Part shown: one piece after another, positions 17,418-35,959 of the stretch
Numbering within the stretch: the first letter of the stretch is position 1
Layout of the letters: each line of letters starts with the position of its first letter
DNA from: the human T2T-CHM13v2.0 reference genome, Homo sapiens
NCBI RefSeq assembly: GCF_009914755.1
Contig: NC_060926.1
Length of the DNA stretch: 64,000 nucleotides
Strand: one strand, 5' to 3'
Notes under the pieces: model-generated
What the model was told of the DNA's origin: nothing
Databases searched by the model: none
The model's input: only the letters and a program-made list of their open reading frames with translations
Made by a program: the position numbers and the translations under genes

Positions 17418-17586
17418 CTGCATTGCTTTCTGAGCAATCAGAGCCTGTTAACTCTTGGACAAGTTCATTGTTTCCTGTTTGACGAAGAACATTCAGAAAT
17501 GCAGAGAACCAGTTTTCTTTCTGCACAATCCTTTTTAGTAGCTCTCTTACACCTGATTCATTTCCATTGTTTTCTGCAGCAGCAAT
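17418..17586 (-). CDS. IFIH1: IFIH1/MDA5 coding exon 2 (169 nt; [36 protein letters not shown]...SNA), end of CARD2
   Basis: Inside ORF 17374..17871; acceptor TTTCTCTTACAACAG, donor CAG|GTATTT; phase 0 join to exon 1. Confidence 0.97.
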
Positions 17587-20500
17587 CTGTTGTAAGAGAA
17601 AATTAGAATTAAGTAAGATCAAACATCTTCTGAATAACCTTAAACAGGAAATACCCTTTAGAAAAACTGAGCAATTAAGCATAAGTATAAATAAAGGCTT
17701 ACATTGAAACATTGAAGAAAATAGCAATGTTACCTGTAGCAATTCTGAAGTCGGCAGGGAAAAAAATCTCCGGGACAACAACAACAACAACAACAAAAAT
17801 CTCTGGACCAAGTGTCCTTTTAAATATGAACCATTTTTTTTAAAAGCTATTGAATTATTCAAACCTGACACCTAGAAAATAAATTTTACCTCAGCCATTC
17901 CTGAATAAAGGATAGAAGAGAAAGTATCTTTAGTCTGCAGCCATGTTATGTCTATTTTCACCAATTTCTTTCTGTATATCTAGGGCTGGCTATATTTTTT
18001 CAATCTATGGAGTCTGTAAATGGGAAATCAAACATTTCTTATCTCCTTTCTTCATGATTATCATTATGAAATAAGTAATTACTACTGCAGATTTATATTT
18101 TTTCCTATGTAATATTTGCATAGTTGATTATTACTATAATCAATTTTTCTCAAATTTGTGTTTTTTTAATGTTATGGGAAATTTATTGTTATATCTTTTT
18201 TTTGGAAATATGGGGCAGAATTATTTTTATATCCATTCATTAGAGTCTTTAGCCTTCTTTTATTTTCTCTTTTAGATTAGTAAATTTCTTTTAAATGTGG
18301 ATCTTTTGTGTAATCATTGTCACAGTGCATTTCCCTAGGTCCTAATATAGCAATAAGGATTTGGAGGAAAGAGTAACTCAAGCCATGTTTAGACATGAAA
18401 GAAGTTAGGCAGGACATCATTAGCTTTCTGTGGCATTAGGCAATTTACTTCATCTCCCTAGACCTTGGTTACAATATGTGGTTACAAGGCAGCTGAAAAG
18501 AAATTTCAGAGTTTCTATATCTTAGCTGCATGTTAGAAACAACCGTAAAGCCTTAAAAAATACTGATGTCTAGGAAACACCCCTAAAAGATTATGATTTA
18601 TTTTGTCTATGTTAGGAACTCAGATATTAAAGAAAAAGTAAAACATCTCATGTGATTCTATCAGCCTCCCAGATAAGAAATATTGACTTTGATATTATCA
18701 AAGGTCCTTCTCAACATTTGCCAATCTTCCACATGTATCATTTGGATTGTTTAGTTCTTTCCTACAAATTTATGTATTTTCTAGTTCTATAAATATATTC
18801 CATAACCTTTTATGTCAGAAATTTGTTAACATTTTTGGAACAATGTCTGGCACTAATTCAGTGTTAGAACTATTATGGATGATTGGGAAGAGTTATTGTT
18901 ACAAACACCTCACCTGCACAAGCACATACAGCATGGTCTCTACCCAAGGGATATTTCCGTCTTAGCATCTAGTAGTTAAGCATGCTGTTCTAGGGAACTT
19001 GAATATATTAACCCAGCAGCCCAGAAATAGGTACCAATATTAACTCATTTACAGATCAGAAATCCGAGGCACAGAGATGTTTAGGTACCTCTCTGAGGTC
19101 ACAAAGTGAGTAAGTGGCAGAAGTAGAATTTGATCCCAGGCAGTTGAATTTAGAGGCTGAATCCTGCCTTCTTGAACTATAATTATAGCTTATAATTTTC
19201 TCCAATTTTAAATTCATTTTCTGGCAAGAAGTGGTTAAAAATAACTATTTGAACTCAGTAAATTTCAAGTGAATTCAGTCCATGTCACCCACAACATTTT
19301 CTAAGCAGATTTTTGCTCATTTTTTACCATTTTTTTCTAGCTCTCTTAGTCTCCTAATGGAAATTCTTTGGCTTCCCTGATGTTGTAACATCTTTATTAT
19401 CATCTGCTAATTTAACAAGTAATTGCTATAGATGTAAATAAGACTGGTTTCAGTGTCTTCTTTTAACTCAGCCATTCTCATATTTTATTACCCCATCCTT
19501 TAATCAGCTTTAAATATATTTGACTGAAGCAATCAGGAAGGATTTCCTTAAAAAGAACCAGTGAGGCAACAAATGCTGTTATTAAAAATCCCTAAGCATA
19601 TTCTATCCACAAAATTTTCTTCAACCACTATTCTATTAAGTCAACTTTTACTGTGGAATCATATTTTTCAAGCTTTCTTTGCCGTTATTGAGTCCAAGCA
19701 TATAAGGATCATGATGTCATTATTTCCTAAACATATTCTTACAATTTGAATGTGGAACTACATATATCTGTGCAATTTTAGCAGCCTCATCAAGATGCTG
19801 AATTTTTAAGAAATCTTCTCAGTTTTGGTGCTGGAAAGTACATCAGCTCCCTTTGAAGCAATTATATAATTTTAAAAATTTAATATGTTCTCCTAAAACA
19901 TTGTAAAGATATTGATCCCAATATGTAAACACAATTACAGAAATTCGTGGGAGGTGAATATTTACATTTGAGACTGCAACAAGTCATAAAACAATTCTCA
20001 CCCATGCCCCTCCCCCACTCGAAGTTTTCTCTGTGAAGTTAAAAATGGATGGATGTTTTCACTATGTAGTCTATTAATACATTGTTAACTAATTTATGAA
20101 ATACGAAATAAAATTAATTTGGTAATAATACAACTCAATGCTTTCATATTCTAAATTCTTTGATATGTTTTTTCTTTCCAACAGAAATCAGTGAAGAAAC
20201 CAATGACATTTCCATAAAGCACTGGCTTACCAACACAATTGTACAGTTTAATGAAAATGTTTTCTTCCCTTTATAATAACCTTAGATAGCTATTTAAATA
20301 TAATGGTGATTTTTTTAACCCAGCAGAGTTCAACTCTCAGATAAAAGTAAATCAGGAGGCAAAACCTGTATGTTAAAAAAGAATTTTAAAGAACCAGTTT
20401 CCCACAAAAAGTTAATGTCTTAACCCAATGAATATTTATTGTCACATTGACATAGCTAATTTCTTATTCATACTTTTTTTTTTGCAGATGAAATTCTTAT

Positions 20501-20994
20501 CTTTCCTAATTTGCCAGACAATACAATGTTCCTGGGGAGATTGACTTGGGTGCTCAACTTCATGTTGGGAGAACTGGACTGTTCTTAGGTGGACTAGTCA
20601 TGGCATCTCTGGTTCTTCTGTGTAAATGGAAGGTGTGTGGAGTCTCCAGGACTACAGATGCATTGTGTTCTGAACTGGCCAGGGATGAAACATGCATCTC
20701 TCTTTAGCTGTTCAGCTTGATTATTAAGACACTATGGAAATGTTTATATGATCACTTTCGTTCCCAGAGTTCATGACTGCCTAAATTGATGGGTGTGCCA
20801 AGTTGTAACTTAGTTATAACTAAGATGTAACAATGCCAAATTGTAACTTAGCATCCTAAAAGAGGAGCAAGGCAGTACAGGGGTACCCCCTTACCATTAA
20901 GGATTGCTTTATTATAATGATTGATAAAATGGCATATATTTATTGCTGAAACTCTAGTATTTAGAATAGTCCCTTGTATACAGTAGACATTCTT

Positions 20995-21452
<458 letters not shown>

Positions 21453-23673
21453 TACAGTAGACATTCTTTTATCAACACTAATTAACACTACAACACAACT
21501 TCACGAAAGGACAAAACAGTCTCTGTGTTTTTCTCCTATCTTTTCACCACTAGCATGGCATCCGGCACAAAGATGCCACTCAATAAATTCAAACTGAATG
21601 AATGAGTGAATGAATGAATAAGTTTTTGGGTACTTGCTGGACACAAACCTATGTATAAAGTCATTTTCAGAAGGCCTGCTGTAATTACGGGCAGGGGCTA
21701 GGAAATGGGGTGGGAATCCTAAATTAAAATAATAGATCAAGTAGAAAATGTCTATGGGGAAACAGAAAAAGAATGAAAATACAAGACCATTTTATAGAAG
21801 TCTTGATTACTTAGTTAAATGCTATTTTAAGCCTTCAAAAAAGCAAATTTGGAAATCTTATTTTCATCATTCATCCATTCTCTAACGCCTGGCAACACAA
21901 TTCAATACGTCATGTGTTTTCAACGCTTATTCCAGACACTTTCAGAAATAAATTCAATTAGTCTATCAATCAAGTAATCAATGCTTACTAAACACCAACC
22001 CTATACCTAATCCTAGTTAGGTTCTGGGATGAAAGAGGTAATTTCTTTTTCAAATCAGTATAATCTAGGGACTTTAAGAAGTATATCTCAATTGCGACAT
22101 GGGGAATTTACCTCAATCTCTCAAACTTAAATTTACACAGAAATGTAACCAGATGAATGGTTACAAAAGTCAACACCATTATCATATCAAATAGCTCTGA
22201 TTTATAAGCTTTTTCATAAACACTATTTCTGATTTGATGTTGACTAAAATACTGTGAGAAATTTTATGATGTCCATTTTCACAGGTAAATGTAGCATCAG
22301 GGAACTTCAGTAATTTGGCCCAAAGTAACGCATATAGTAAGAAGCCAAGATGGACCTCAAATCCATGTGTTCCCCTTCTACAGTCTTATCACACTTTGCT
22401 GCTGTAAGATAAACATTTGTCAATGACCACCACCTCAATATAGATTATTCTACCAAACTTAATGCTTCCGTCTCATTGTCCACCATATCTTAGTTTTGGA
22501 ACTGATAATACATGTAAATGATGCACACAAAAATTATTCCACACTCTCACAGAGAAACTATTGCTTCCTAGAGAGCCTCAAATTTATAGCTGCTCAGTCT
22601 TTTGGGGCCTCCTTTGAAATGTGAATCAGAGGGAGAATTTGGGTTGTTTTGGCCTTAACTGCTACCAGTACACAAAAGTCCCGTTACTCTATATCTTCTT
22701 TGTGTCAAATCCCTTGCATTACTGCTAGCTGCCTCCAAGCTTGCCAGAATCAAGAACTTGGATAAAATCTAGCTGGCGGAAATTCAATCCAGGCAAGACA
22801 AAAGTGATGCTGATAGGCAGAAGTATTTAGAGTAAATAGGGAGAAGTGCTGTTTCGCTGGCAATCGGGACATCATACCCACCAAACATAAACAGCTTTGT
22901 GGTGTTACTGGACTCTGTTGCTTCTGGACTTCTAACAGCTACTGTGGCTGGAAATGCCATCTTCCATCTCCAGCTGGCTTGAAGGCTGCATACTTTCTTC
23001 CAAATTAAGATTCTGCCACAGTGATGTACACATTTGTCATATCCAGCTGGACTACTATAATGCGTTCTAGCTGGTTCTCAATACACAAAACGACATAAAC
23101 ATTACAGACAACAGTGCAAAGTAATTTACTTGTTGGGAAAACTGGCCATCAAAATTAGATGCATGTTTGGGTCTTTGGACAGGCCCTGTGTCTGTCAAGT
23201 CTACAAAAGATCACTAACTTTATTCACTAAAGACTAAATTGCATCATAGGCTATAGCAAATCAATCAAATGCCCAGAAGTTTGTATGAATATACAAACAA
23301 TGGATGACCCAAAAGAGAGAGAGAGAAAAAAACCATGTGAAAATCATAGAGTGGTGTAGACAAAGCCTTTGACTTTTAGTCATGGCTTTATTTGTCTACA
23401 TGTCTTCCAAAACAAGACTTTTGACTTACGAGCCTGAATAAGTCACATTCAAACAGGTCAGCATTTATACACATCACAGTACATCTTCACTTATCAAAAA
23501 ATAATTCATATCACATTCAATGTAAAGTCATCAGTAAAATTCGCCCTGTCAAAATGCTACCTTAAGAAAAATGAGTTTCTTCACTAACATGAAAAACTGA
23601 AACTAGCAACACATTCTTTCAATGAATTGTTTCTAAATTTTGATTCTCAAAGAATGTTGAAACTTTGATTAAA

Positions 23674-23682
<9 letters not shown>

Positions 23683-23718
<36 letters not shown>
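23683..23718. repeat. (GT)n microsatellite
   Basis: About 18 GT units. Confidence 0.95.
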
Positions 23719-23719
<1 letters not shown>

Positions 23720-23767
23720 TTGCAATTTACCCATTTGGGCTAAGACTAAATGGCACAAAGTGTAATG

Positions 23768-24040
23768 TAGGGCAAAGATTGGAAAACTTTTTCTCTAAAA
23801 TGCCAGATAATAAATATTTTTGGCTTTAAGGGCACACAGTCTCCATCCAATTGCCTTTGGAGTAGAAAAGCAGCCACAAGCAATATGTAAACAAACGAGC
23901 ATGACTGTGTTCCAATAAAACTTTATGAACACTGAAAATTAAAAATTGAAAAATCTGAAGACCATTCTTAGCCTGTGGGCCTGAAAAAAACAGTAGCAGG
24001 CTTGATTTAGCCCATGGGCCGTAGTTTACTAACCCCTGCT
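23768..24040 (+). mobile_element. MER58-like hAT-Charlie transposon, followed by a MIR (about 24090-24280)
   Basis: gtgttccaataaaactttat and gggccgtagtttactaacccctg. Confidence 0.75.
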
Positions 24041-24434
24041 CCATGGAACTACATTAAATAAGAAAAACATTCAACACTATCACAAGCTAAATTCTTAGCT
24101 CTGCCACTGTTTTTCCTGGGAGACCTTGGACAAATTATTTAACCTGCCTCAGGTTTCTCATCTGTAAAATGGAGTTAATAACATTAGGAGCCTCAGTGGG
24201 TTACTCTGAACATGAACTGTAGTAATACATTTTGAAAATGATACCAACTGCACATAGTAAGTGTTCAATAAAAGTTACCTGTTAATACACATTACGATTC
24301 TAGAGTTAACTCCTTTTTACTTCAGTGAAAACATTAGAAAAGTAGTTCTTTTGTGTTTAAATTTTTAAAATTGTCTTAAAGTGCCTAGATGTTGTCTTCT
24401 CAAAGGAAGAAACTAGATTTGCCCAAAGAGGTCA

Positions 24435-25350
<916 letters not shown>

Positions 25351-25355
25351 GCCTG

Positions 25356-25373
25356 ACTTTGGTTTCTGTTTCG
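25356..25373 (-). promoter_or_regulatory. ISRE/IRF element of the IFIH1 promoter
   Basis: Minus strand CGAAACAGAAACCAAAGT matches GAAANNGAAA; IFIH1 is an established interferon-stimulated gene. Confidence 0.8.
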
Positions 25374-25417
25374 ATTCTCTTCTCAGGACTTTGTAAACGT
25401 AATCTGCCTGGCGGGGA

Positions 25418-25427
25418 GGGAGTTTCC
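25418..25427 (+). promoter_or_regulatory. NF-kB site
   Basis: GGGAGTTTCC fits GGGRNNYYCC; GC box GGGGCGGG at 25452-25459 nearby. Confidence 0.6.
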
Positions 25428-25492
25428 TCAGGGAGACGCCACCTTTTGGTCGGGGCGGGTGAAGAGAGGAGGCCTTTGGTTAAGGACACCGC

Positions 25493-25515
25493 GGGAAACA
25501 GAAAAGGAAAGCGAA
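25493..25515 (+). promoter_or_regulatory. Second ISRE/IRF-like element, opposite orientation
   Basis: GGGAAACAGAAAAGGAAAGCGAA: tandem GAAA half-sites. Confidence 0.65.
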
Positions 25516-25646
25516 TTCTCTCTGACACCAAGACCAACGCTCTAGCAAAGCTCCTCCGGCGGATATTTTGTTTTCCCAGCAGGTTCTGCCTTAACAATAA
25601 GGTCCTTTGTAGGCCAAAATGTGCAGGGCATAAAAGCATGTGATTT

Positions 25647-25656
25647 GGGACTTTCC
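25647..25656 (+). promoter_or_regulatory. Canonical NF-kB site
   Basis: GGGACTTTCC, identical to the Ig-kappa/HIV kB site; followed by ETS/IRF-like GGGAAGTGAACAGAAACT. Confidence 0.7.
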
Positions 25657-28547
25657 AAAGGGGAAGTGAACAGAAACTGCCACAGACCCGGACGTGAACA
25701 GGGAGTTACCCTCGGCTGGTGAATGTAGGCAGGCCTGGCTGAGGGTGGTGAGACTGCGAGGGACAGGTGAGAGATGAAGCTCAGAAGACATCTTTGCAGA
25801 GATGTGGAGAAGACAGGAGGAAGTCCTTCCTAAAATAAACCTGACCTCCTGTGGGTTCCCAAACACTAACTTGTTTCCCTGGGAATTTGGAGGTGGGTTC
25901 GAAAAAGTGAGTAACAATAAACAGTTAACTTTACTGCCTCATATTTAGATTGCTGGTATTTATGCAGCTTTGACCAGGACCTGGTAACAGATGTGGATGG
26001 ACTTGAACCACCAACTCAGCTTAGAAGGAAGCCAAGACTTAAAGTTTCCTAGATCCCAGCTTGTAAGTTCCCTATATTCTTTAATATACAACTTTCCTTT
26101 AATAAAACAAAACAAAAAAATCCCCCAACAACTTATTTTTGATATAGCTGCCATTCTTTTCTTGGATTCAATACAGCAAGTTTTGGCTGGAGCAGCTAGG
26201 AACTTAATTAGCAACTAATGTACCAACTTGTAGTAAACATCAACATTTGTCTATGTCATGAGAGAAAAAAAACATATTCACACTGAAAAATGGCAGCTTC
26301 ATTTTGGTACAGAAGCCACATAAATGTGAGTCCTTAAGGTTACTACTCATTCTGAAGGCATTCTGTAGCCACATGTGACTGTGGGTGGTAGGCACATACG
26401 CACCATAACTAGAATCTCATGGTCCAGAATTATATAAAGGATGGAGAGATCATTTAGGTTATCAAAGAGACATATTTAGGAAAAATAATCTGTTAGCAAA
26501 GTACATTCAATAAAGTCTGTGTAGGCCAGGAAAACCTGATAGTGCTTTGAACAGGATAATAGAAGTACAGAGTCTTGGTGAGTGTTTACTAGGGGCATAC
26601 AAAATATCCAAATGAGCACTTTATGGTAACATGTCTTATTTTATTCTCTAATTATCTTATGTAGCAAGGCTTTTTCTACCCCTGAAGGATTGTAAGCTGC
26701 TTGAAGAAGGGATATATTTACATAGTAACTAGTACACTACTCACAACTGGTGGGCTCTTGATGACATCTCTCCTGGGAGTTGTATTTGAGTTGACCATAG
26801 CAGCTGGCATAATGTTAAATACACTGAAAGTTGAAGTAAATGAAACCTTGGGCTTGCAGGTAGGCCTGATTTATACTGTTCTTTTCTGTTTCTTCACAGA
26901 ACCCTACTCCTTTTTCACTTAATTTTGGGAGATGACCTTGTACCCAGATAGAGGATAATCCAATTAGATGTTTCTACAAAAGCACTCAAATTATTAATTT
27001 TAAGTATTGGGTCTATGAAAATATCTTTTAAGGCTGTTGCAAAAACATACTCCTATCCCCCAGCTGCCAGTGGGTTTTATTCAACATGTTAAAGCACAAA
27101 CTAACAAACCAAAAAACATTCTTTTTCCTGGCACTTATCCTTCTGTTTCTTGGTTTCAAACATGGGGGAATGAGAAGGGGTTGCTGACTGAATATGGGGA
27201 ACCAGTTAATGTTATTTTCTTCATACCACTTAATTGTTGCTCTGGAAGAGAAAGGATCAAATGTTTGGTATTTGACCTGTTCTCAAATAATAAACATTTA
27301 AACCAAAGATATTTAAATATTTGGCATTCAAATTATATCATTCATTGTATCATCTAGTCATTTAAAATATGTTTATTAAGTATCTATTACATGACCAGCA
27401 CTGATCTAGGTGCAGTTAATAAAATTAACAAAGCTCCTACTTTTATGGAGTTCACATTCTAATGGGAGTGGGAAGATAGATGGTAAGTAATGACTAAAAA
27501 ATATGCAATGTGCAGGTGAGGATAAATGCCCTGAAGACCATAGTAAATCTACATAATAATGTATATTACAGTTTCACAGGTTGATTTCCCAAATAGTCAT
27601 CCTCCTCTAACCCTATTAGCATCACATAATACCCAACAATAACAATTCATATTTTCTCACAAGTAGGAGTCTCTCTGCTGGATGAGGTCTGAGTGATGAG
27701 GATTAGGTGTGGGTGGAAGGGACTTCTTTTTTAGGAATCTCCCATAGTCTTGATGGGACCCTTTTTGGAGAAAGGAGGTTAAGGAAACAAAAGCCAAGAC
27801 ACAATCTCTCACAATGTATCCTTTTTTCATCTATATTTTTTGCATCATGATTTAGTTTATTTTCTGTTTTTCACTTGAGTAATTAATTGTTTTCCTCTGT
27901 CAAGTTTCTTCTACTAGGTTTCATTTTAATCCTTTTCACCAGTTCCCAAATGTAAGTTTCTTTTTCCTTTCTCTTTTGAGGCAGGAGATCCTGCTGAACT
28001 ATGTATTTTCCCATTGTTATGCAACTTTTCATTTGAGTTTTTAAGAAGTAGTAACAATATGAGCTGCCACTACAATTTAACGACCATGCATAGCAATAAT
28101 GTCTTTTTCAAAGAAAATGACAATAATTTTAGTTTAGTGAGAAACCCTGGAATTGTTGTTCTGTTCCTTTACTTGTTTGCTCATTTGTATCAATAATGAG
28201 CCTGCTTTGTGTAATTTAAAGTGTTAGATGCTCTTAACCTGGCAGTGTGGGGTATGGTTAAGCACAGAGACTCTGAGTTCAGGCTGTCTGAGTTCACATC
28301 TCAATACTATTTCTTAATTGCTGTGCTTTGAAAAATCACCTCAAATACATCAGTTGTAAAATGGAAAGATTCTGGTATCATGTCAGAAGTTTGTTCTAAG
28401 GATAGACTGTAACACACTAGCACCAGCCTGGCATGTTTATGTGCCCAATATGTGACTCCAGCCCACTACGCTTATATAAAAATTAAAGAAGAGATGGTGC
28501 GGTGCTAGTCTTCAAAGAATGCACAATTTATAAAGGAAAAATTTAGT

Positions 28548-28549
<2 letters not shown>

Positions 28550-28591
<42 letters not shown>
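28550..28591. repeat. (AT)n microsatellite
   Basis: About 20 AT units; similar tracts at 38981-39060 and 47928-47960. Confidence 0.9.
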
Positions 28592-28600
<9 letters not shown>

Positions 28601-29031
28601 ATATAAACACTATATAATAGCTAGCCATTTAACTGAGACTTTAAGCAAGACTTTCAGCCATTTAACTGAAACTGATAGGCTGATTTAGCAGGAAAGTTTA
28701 TTAAAAGGATACTGTCGTAGCTTTTTATTTCAAAAATAGTAGTAAGCCTAAAATAGAAAAAAAATTATGGCTAAGTTCACTAAATCTTGATAATAATTTC
28801 CTAATCACTTTCACCAATTCAATTAAAATTCTGGTTTTTAAGTTTTCACATATAAAAACTTTTCTACATAGCAGTTTTGGCAAAAAATGAAAGTCACGTA
28901 TCAATAGATAAGTTTTGGAACATTCATTTTTCAAGTACTCCTTCCATAGCTTAAAGTCTTTTCAAAAACAGTTACCTGCAAATGTTTTTGTGAAAAACAG
29001 TACTTTTACCTCAAAGGCTAGATTGTAATTG

Positions 29032-31442
<2,411 letters not shown>

Positions 31443-31869
31443 TTTATCCCCTCTGAAGAGGTACAACTAACTGCTGTTAGAATATGGACGATGACCGGTT
31501 TTAACTGCTTCCTGCTGACAGGGGGCATTGTTTTGGTAAAAATGGCACAGACTCCTCCCAGAGGTTTATCTAAGGGTTCCTGGCAAAGGAGAGCCATCGT
31601 CCGAGGCTCCGATTGCCTGACCATTTGGAGTTTGATGGCTTCTAGGCATGGGAGAAAAAAAAAACAAGTTCTATAAGGTTAAGTATGCATGGGTTAAATG
31701 TGTATTACACAAAGAAAGAATTTGGTGCCAAAGACTACAGAGATAAGAAATGAAATATACTAACAACAACAACATTGTACCCTGACCTGTTTCAGCCTGG
31801 TGAAAGAAATTAAACCTCTTATGGGAGCAGTTAAACTTTAGAAGGGAGGTAACTGTTGTTGCCATATCC

Positions 31870-33508
<1,639 letters not shown>

Positions 33509-34556
33509 TGATGGAGAGAGAAAGCAAGCGTCCTCCCTCCACTCTCCACCCCTTATCCCTGAGCCCCAGAGACCTTGGCAGGTGCCAGCCATAGGTAAAA
33601 ATGAGGTATGTACCCATGAGGTAGGGAAAACCTGGAGAATGGGAATTAACTGCCCTCACCTATGCCTCCCTTTCTCCTTGCTATTGGCAAACTTTGAGTT
33701 CCCTGGGCCTGTTTATTCCAGGAACCATGGCCTCCTTCTGTGGGGTGGCAGGAATTGGTTCTGCCCAATTGGTCGGCAGGAATTGGTTCTGCCCATTTAC
33801 ACTGTGCCTGTCACCTGGCTTTGGATTCCTTAGGCCCAGTTTTTCTTTCTGGGGCCTCAGTCTGAAGCTTAAATCGAGTTTGGGACCAAAAAGGTATGTT
33901 AGTGGCTATTTGTATCTGTTTAGAGTATCTCAAACGTGCCTTGCTGAATTTGCAGTTATCAGCCAGCAGGGGTCGCTCCTCTGTTAACTTCCCTATCAGA
34001 AACATTGTGGGGGGCAGGGGGAGCCCTCTCACTTGGTAAAAAACAGAAAAAACAGTAAAAGGGGCAAAAAAGGGGGGATGCTAGGAGAAGAACCTCTCAC
34101 TTAGTGCAAGTGGGCCCTTTTAATCCTTATAATTATCTTTCCCATCCTTCCCCTAGTTCAGACCAGGTTGAATTCCCTGGCCAGGGGAGGTTCTGTTGAC
34201 ATATTAAGCAAGAAGCACCCTGTAGGGTCCTGGATATTGCCTGTTTGCTCCTGCTCCCCCTATTGGCTTTTGGGGTCAGCCTTTGGCTGCTGCAGGCACG
34301 CCTAGGCAGCTGAGCTGAGAGGGGAAAGGGTAAGGAGAGATTCCCTGAGCCATGCATGCCTGTGGCTGTCGAGGTGGAGGCATACCTGGCACCTCCAGGA
34401 ACAGTTGGTCTGATTTGCACCTTTGGTGGCTGGGCCAAATACTCATTTTACTTAGTAACATTGACGCAGCCTGTAGCAAAACACTTAACATTATAAAGAG
34501 ATTAGAGCCATTTCAAACTGCGCGAGAGAAAAAGTGACAAAAAGACAACAGAGGCT

Positions 34557-35060
34557 TGCTGGGCATGGTGGCTCCACCTGTAATTCCAATGAGAGGGGAC
34601 CGCGTGCTGGCAGTCCTCACAGCCCTCGCTGGCTCTTGGCGCCTCGTCTGCCTGGGCTCCCACTTTGGCGGCACTTGAGGAGCCCTTTAGCCCGTCGCTG
34701 CACTGTGGGAGCCCCTTTCTGGGCTGGCCAAGGCCGGAGCTGTCTCCCTCAGCTTGCAAGGAGGTGTGGAGGGAGTCCGGACACACCAGTACTTTGGTAG
34801 GCCGAGGTGAGTGGATCACCTGAAGTCAGGAGTTCGAGATCAGCCTGGCCAACATGGTGAAACCCTGTTTCTACCAAAAAAAAAAAAAAAAAAAAAAAAA
34901 ATTAGCCGAGAATGGTGGCATGTGCCTGTAATCACAGCTACTCGGGAGGCTGAGGCAGGAGAATTGCTTGAACCTGGTAGGTGGAGGTTGTAGTGAGCAA
35001 GATTGTGCCACTGCACTCCAGCCTGGGTGACAGAGCAAGATCCTGTCTCAAAAAAGAAAA
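34557..35060 (+). mobile_element. AluS inside the provirus, interrupted by LTR12; expanded middle A-run
   Basis: gctgggcatggtggctc...taattccaa [insert] ccagtactttggtaggccgagg... Confidence 0.9.
34590..34785 (+). mobile_element. Internally deleted solo LTR12(C)-like (ERV9) element
   Basis: Starts TGAGAGG...gtgctggcagtcctcacagccctcgct and ends TCCGGACACA, the LTR12 termini; 4-bp TSD ccaa/ccag. Confidence 0.85.
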
Positions 35061-35157
35061 GAAAACAGAGCCTCTTACTCATAGGAAAGAGAGAGAGATG
35101 GCAGGGTTTTGGAAGAAAGGCAAACCTGACAGCATTCACTCACACTCACCTTCTAAG

Positions 35158-35175
35158 ATCCCGGGTGAGCCCCCA
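35158..35175 (-). other. Retroviral primer-binding site, tRNA-Pro
   Basis: TGGGGGCTCACCCGGGAT, 16/18 to the MLV Pro PBS TGGGGGCTCGTCCGGGAT, 2 nt after the LTR's terminal CA. Confidence 0.88.
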
Positions 35176-35177
35176 GT

Positions 35178-35959
35178 TGAGACAGGAAAAGTTGCCCCAC
35201 TGCTCAAACCTCTAGGGGAGCATACACACGGGCAGGCTGTGGGGCTCCGACCTCATGGCGGTGTCTAGGGCTGAATATTTACAGCTCCTGAAGCCTCGGT
35301 GGGAGTGTATTACAGGGTACTCTTTTAGTTTTGCTTTTAGTTTTGCTATCTATAGATGGCTTGTGTTAACCAGCTCAATTAAACCCTCTACCTTGTTGCA
35401 AGGACAGAGGGCTTTCTGTATCTTGCGTTCTTGCCTTGGTGTACTGGAAAAATCGGAATCAATCACATCTGGGCTTGGAGAATGAGTGCAAGGTTTTATT
35501 GAGTGGAGGTGGCTTGGAGGAAGTCAGAAGGGAATTGAATGGGAAGGTTTACCCCTGGAGTTGGGCCTCTCAGTGGCCTGGGCTCTCCACTGACTATCCC
35601 AGCCAAACTCCGCATCATTCTGCTTCTGCTGGTCAGTGGCCTGGCAGCATTCTGGTGCCTGTCAGTGCATTCCTCTCCACATCCAGCCGCCTGTGTATTC
35701 TTCTGCTGATGTTCTCCTCTTGATGTCCAGCTCCTTCTATGTCTGCCTGCTACGGTCTCGGGGGTTTTTTTATAGGCACAGGATGGGGGCGTGGCAGGCC
35801 AGTGTGGTCTTGGGAAATGCAACATTTGGGCAGGAAATGCCTGTCCTCACCTAGGTCCATGGGGATGGAGCCCTAGCTAGGGATCATGCCCTCCTCTACT
35901 TAACACTTTCCTATCATTTAAAGGGACCAGATTCTTCCCTTCCCAGCACTTCTATATCT
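35178..35959 (-). mobile_element. 5' LTR of the ERV1 provirus (LTR1/HUERS-P-like)
   Basis: About 780 bp homologous to the 3' LTR; TATAAAA at 35768-35774, AATAAA at 35495-35500, CA end followed by the PBS. Confidence 0.88.

Noticed and set aside
17587-17871. N-terminal part of the 165-aa ORF with a poly-Leu stretch
   Set aside because: Intronic sequence upstream of the exon 2 acceptor; the Leu run comes from an (AAC)n repeat.
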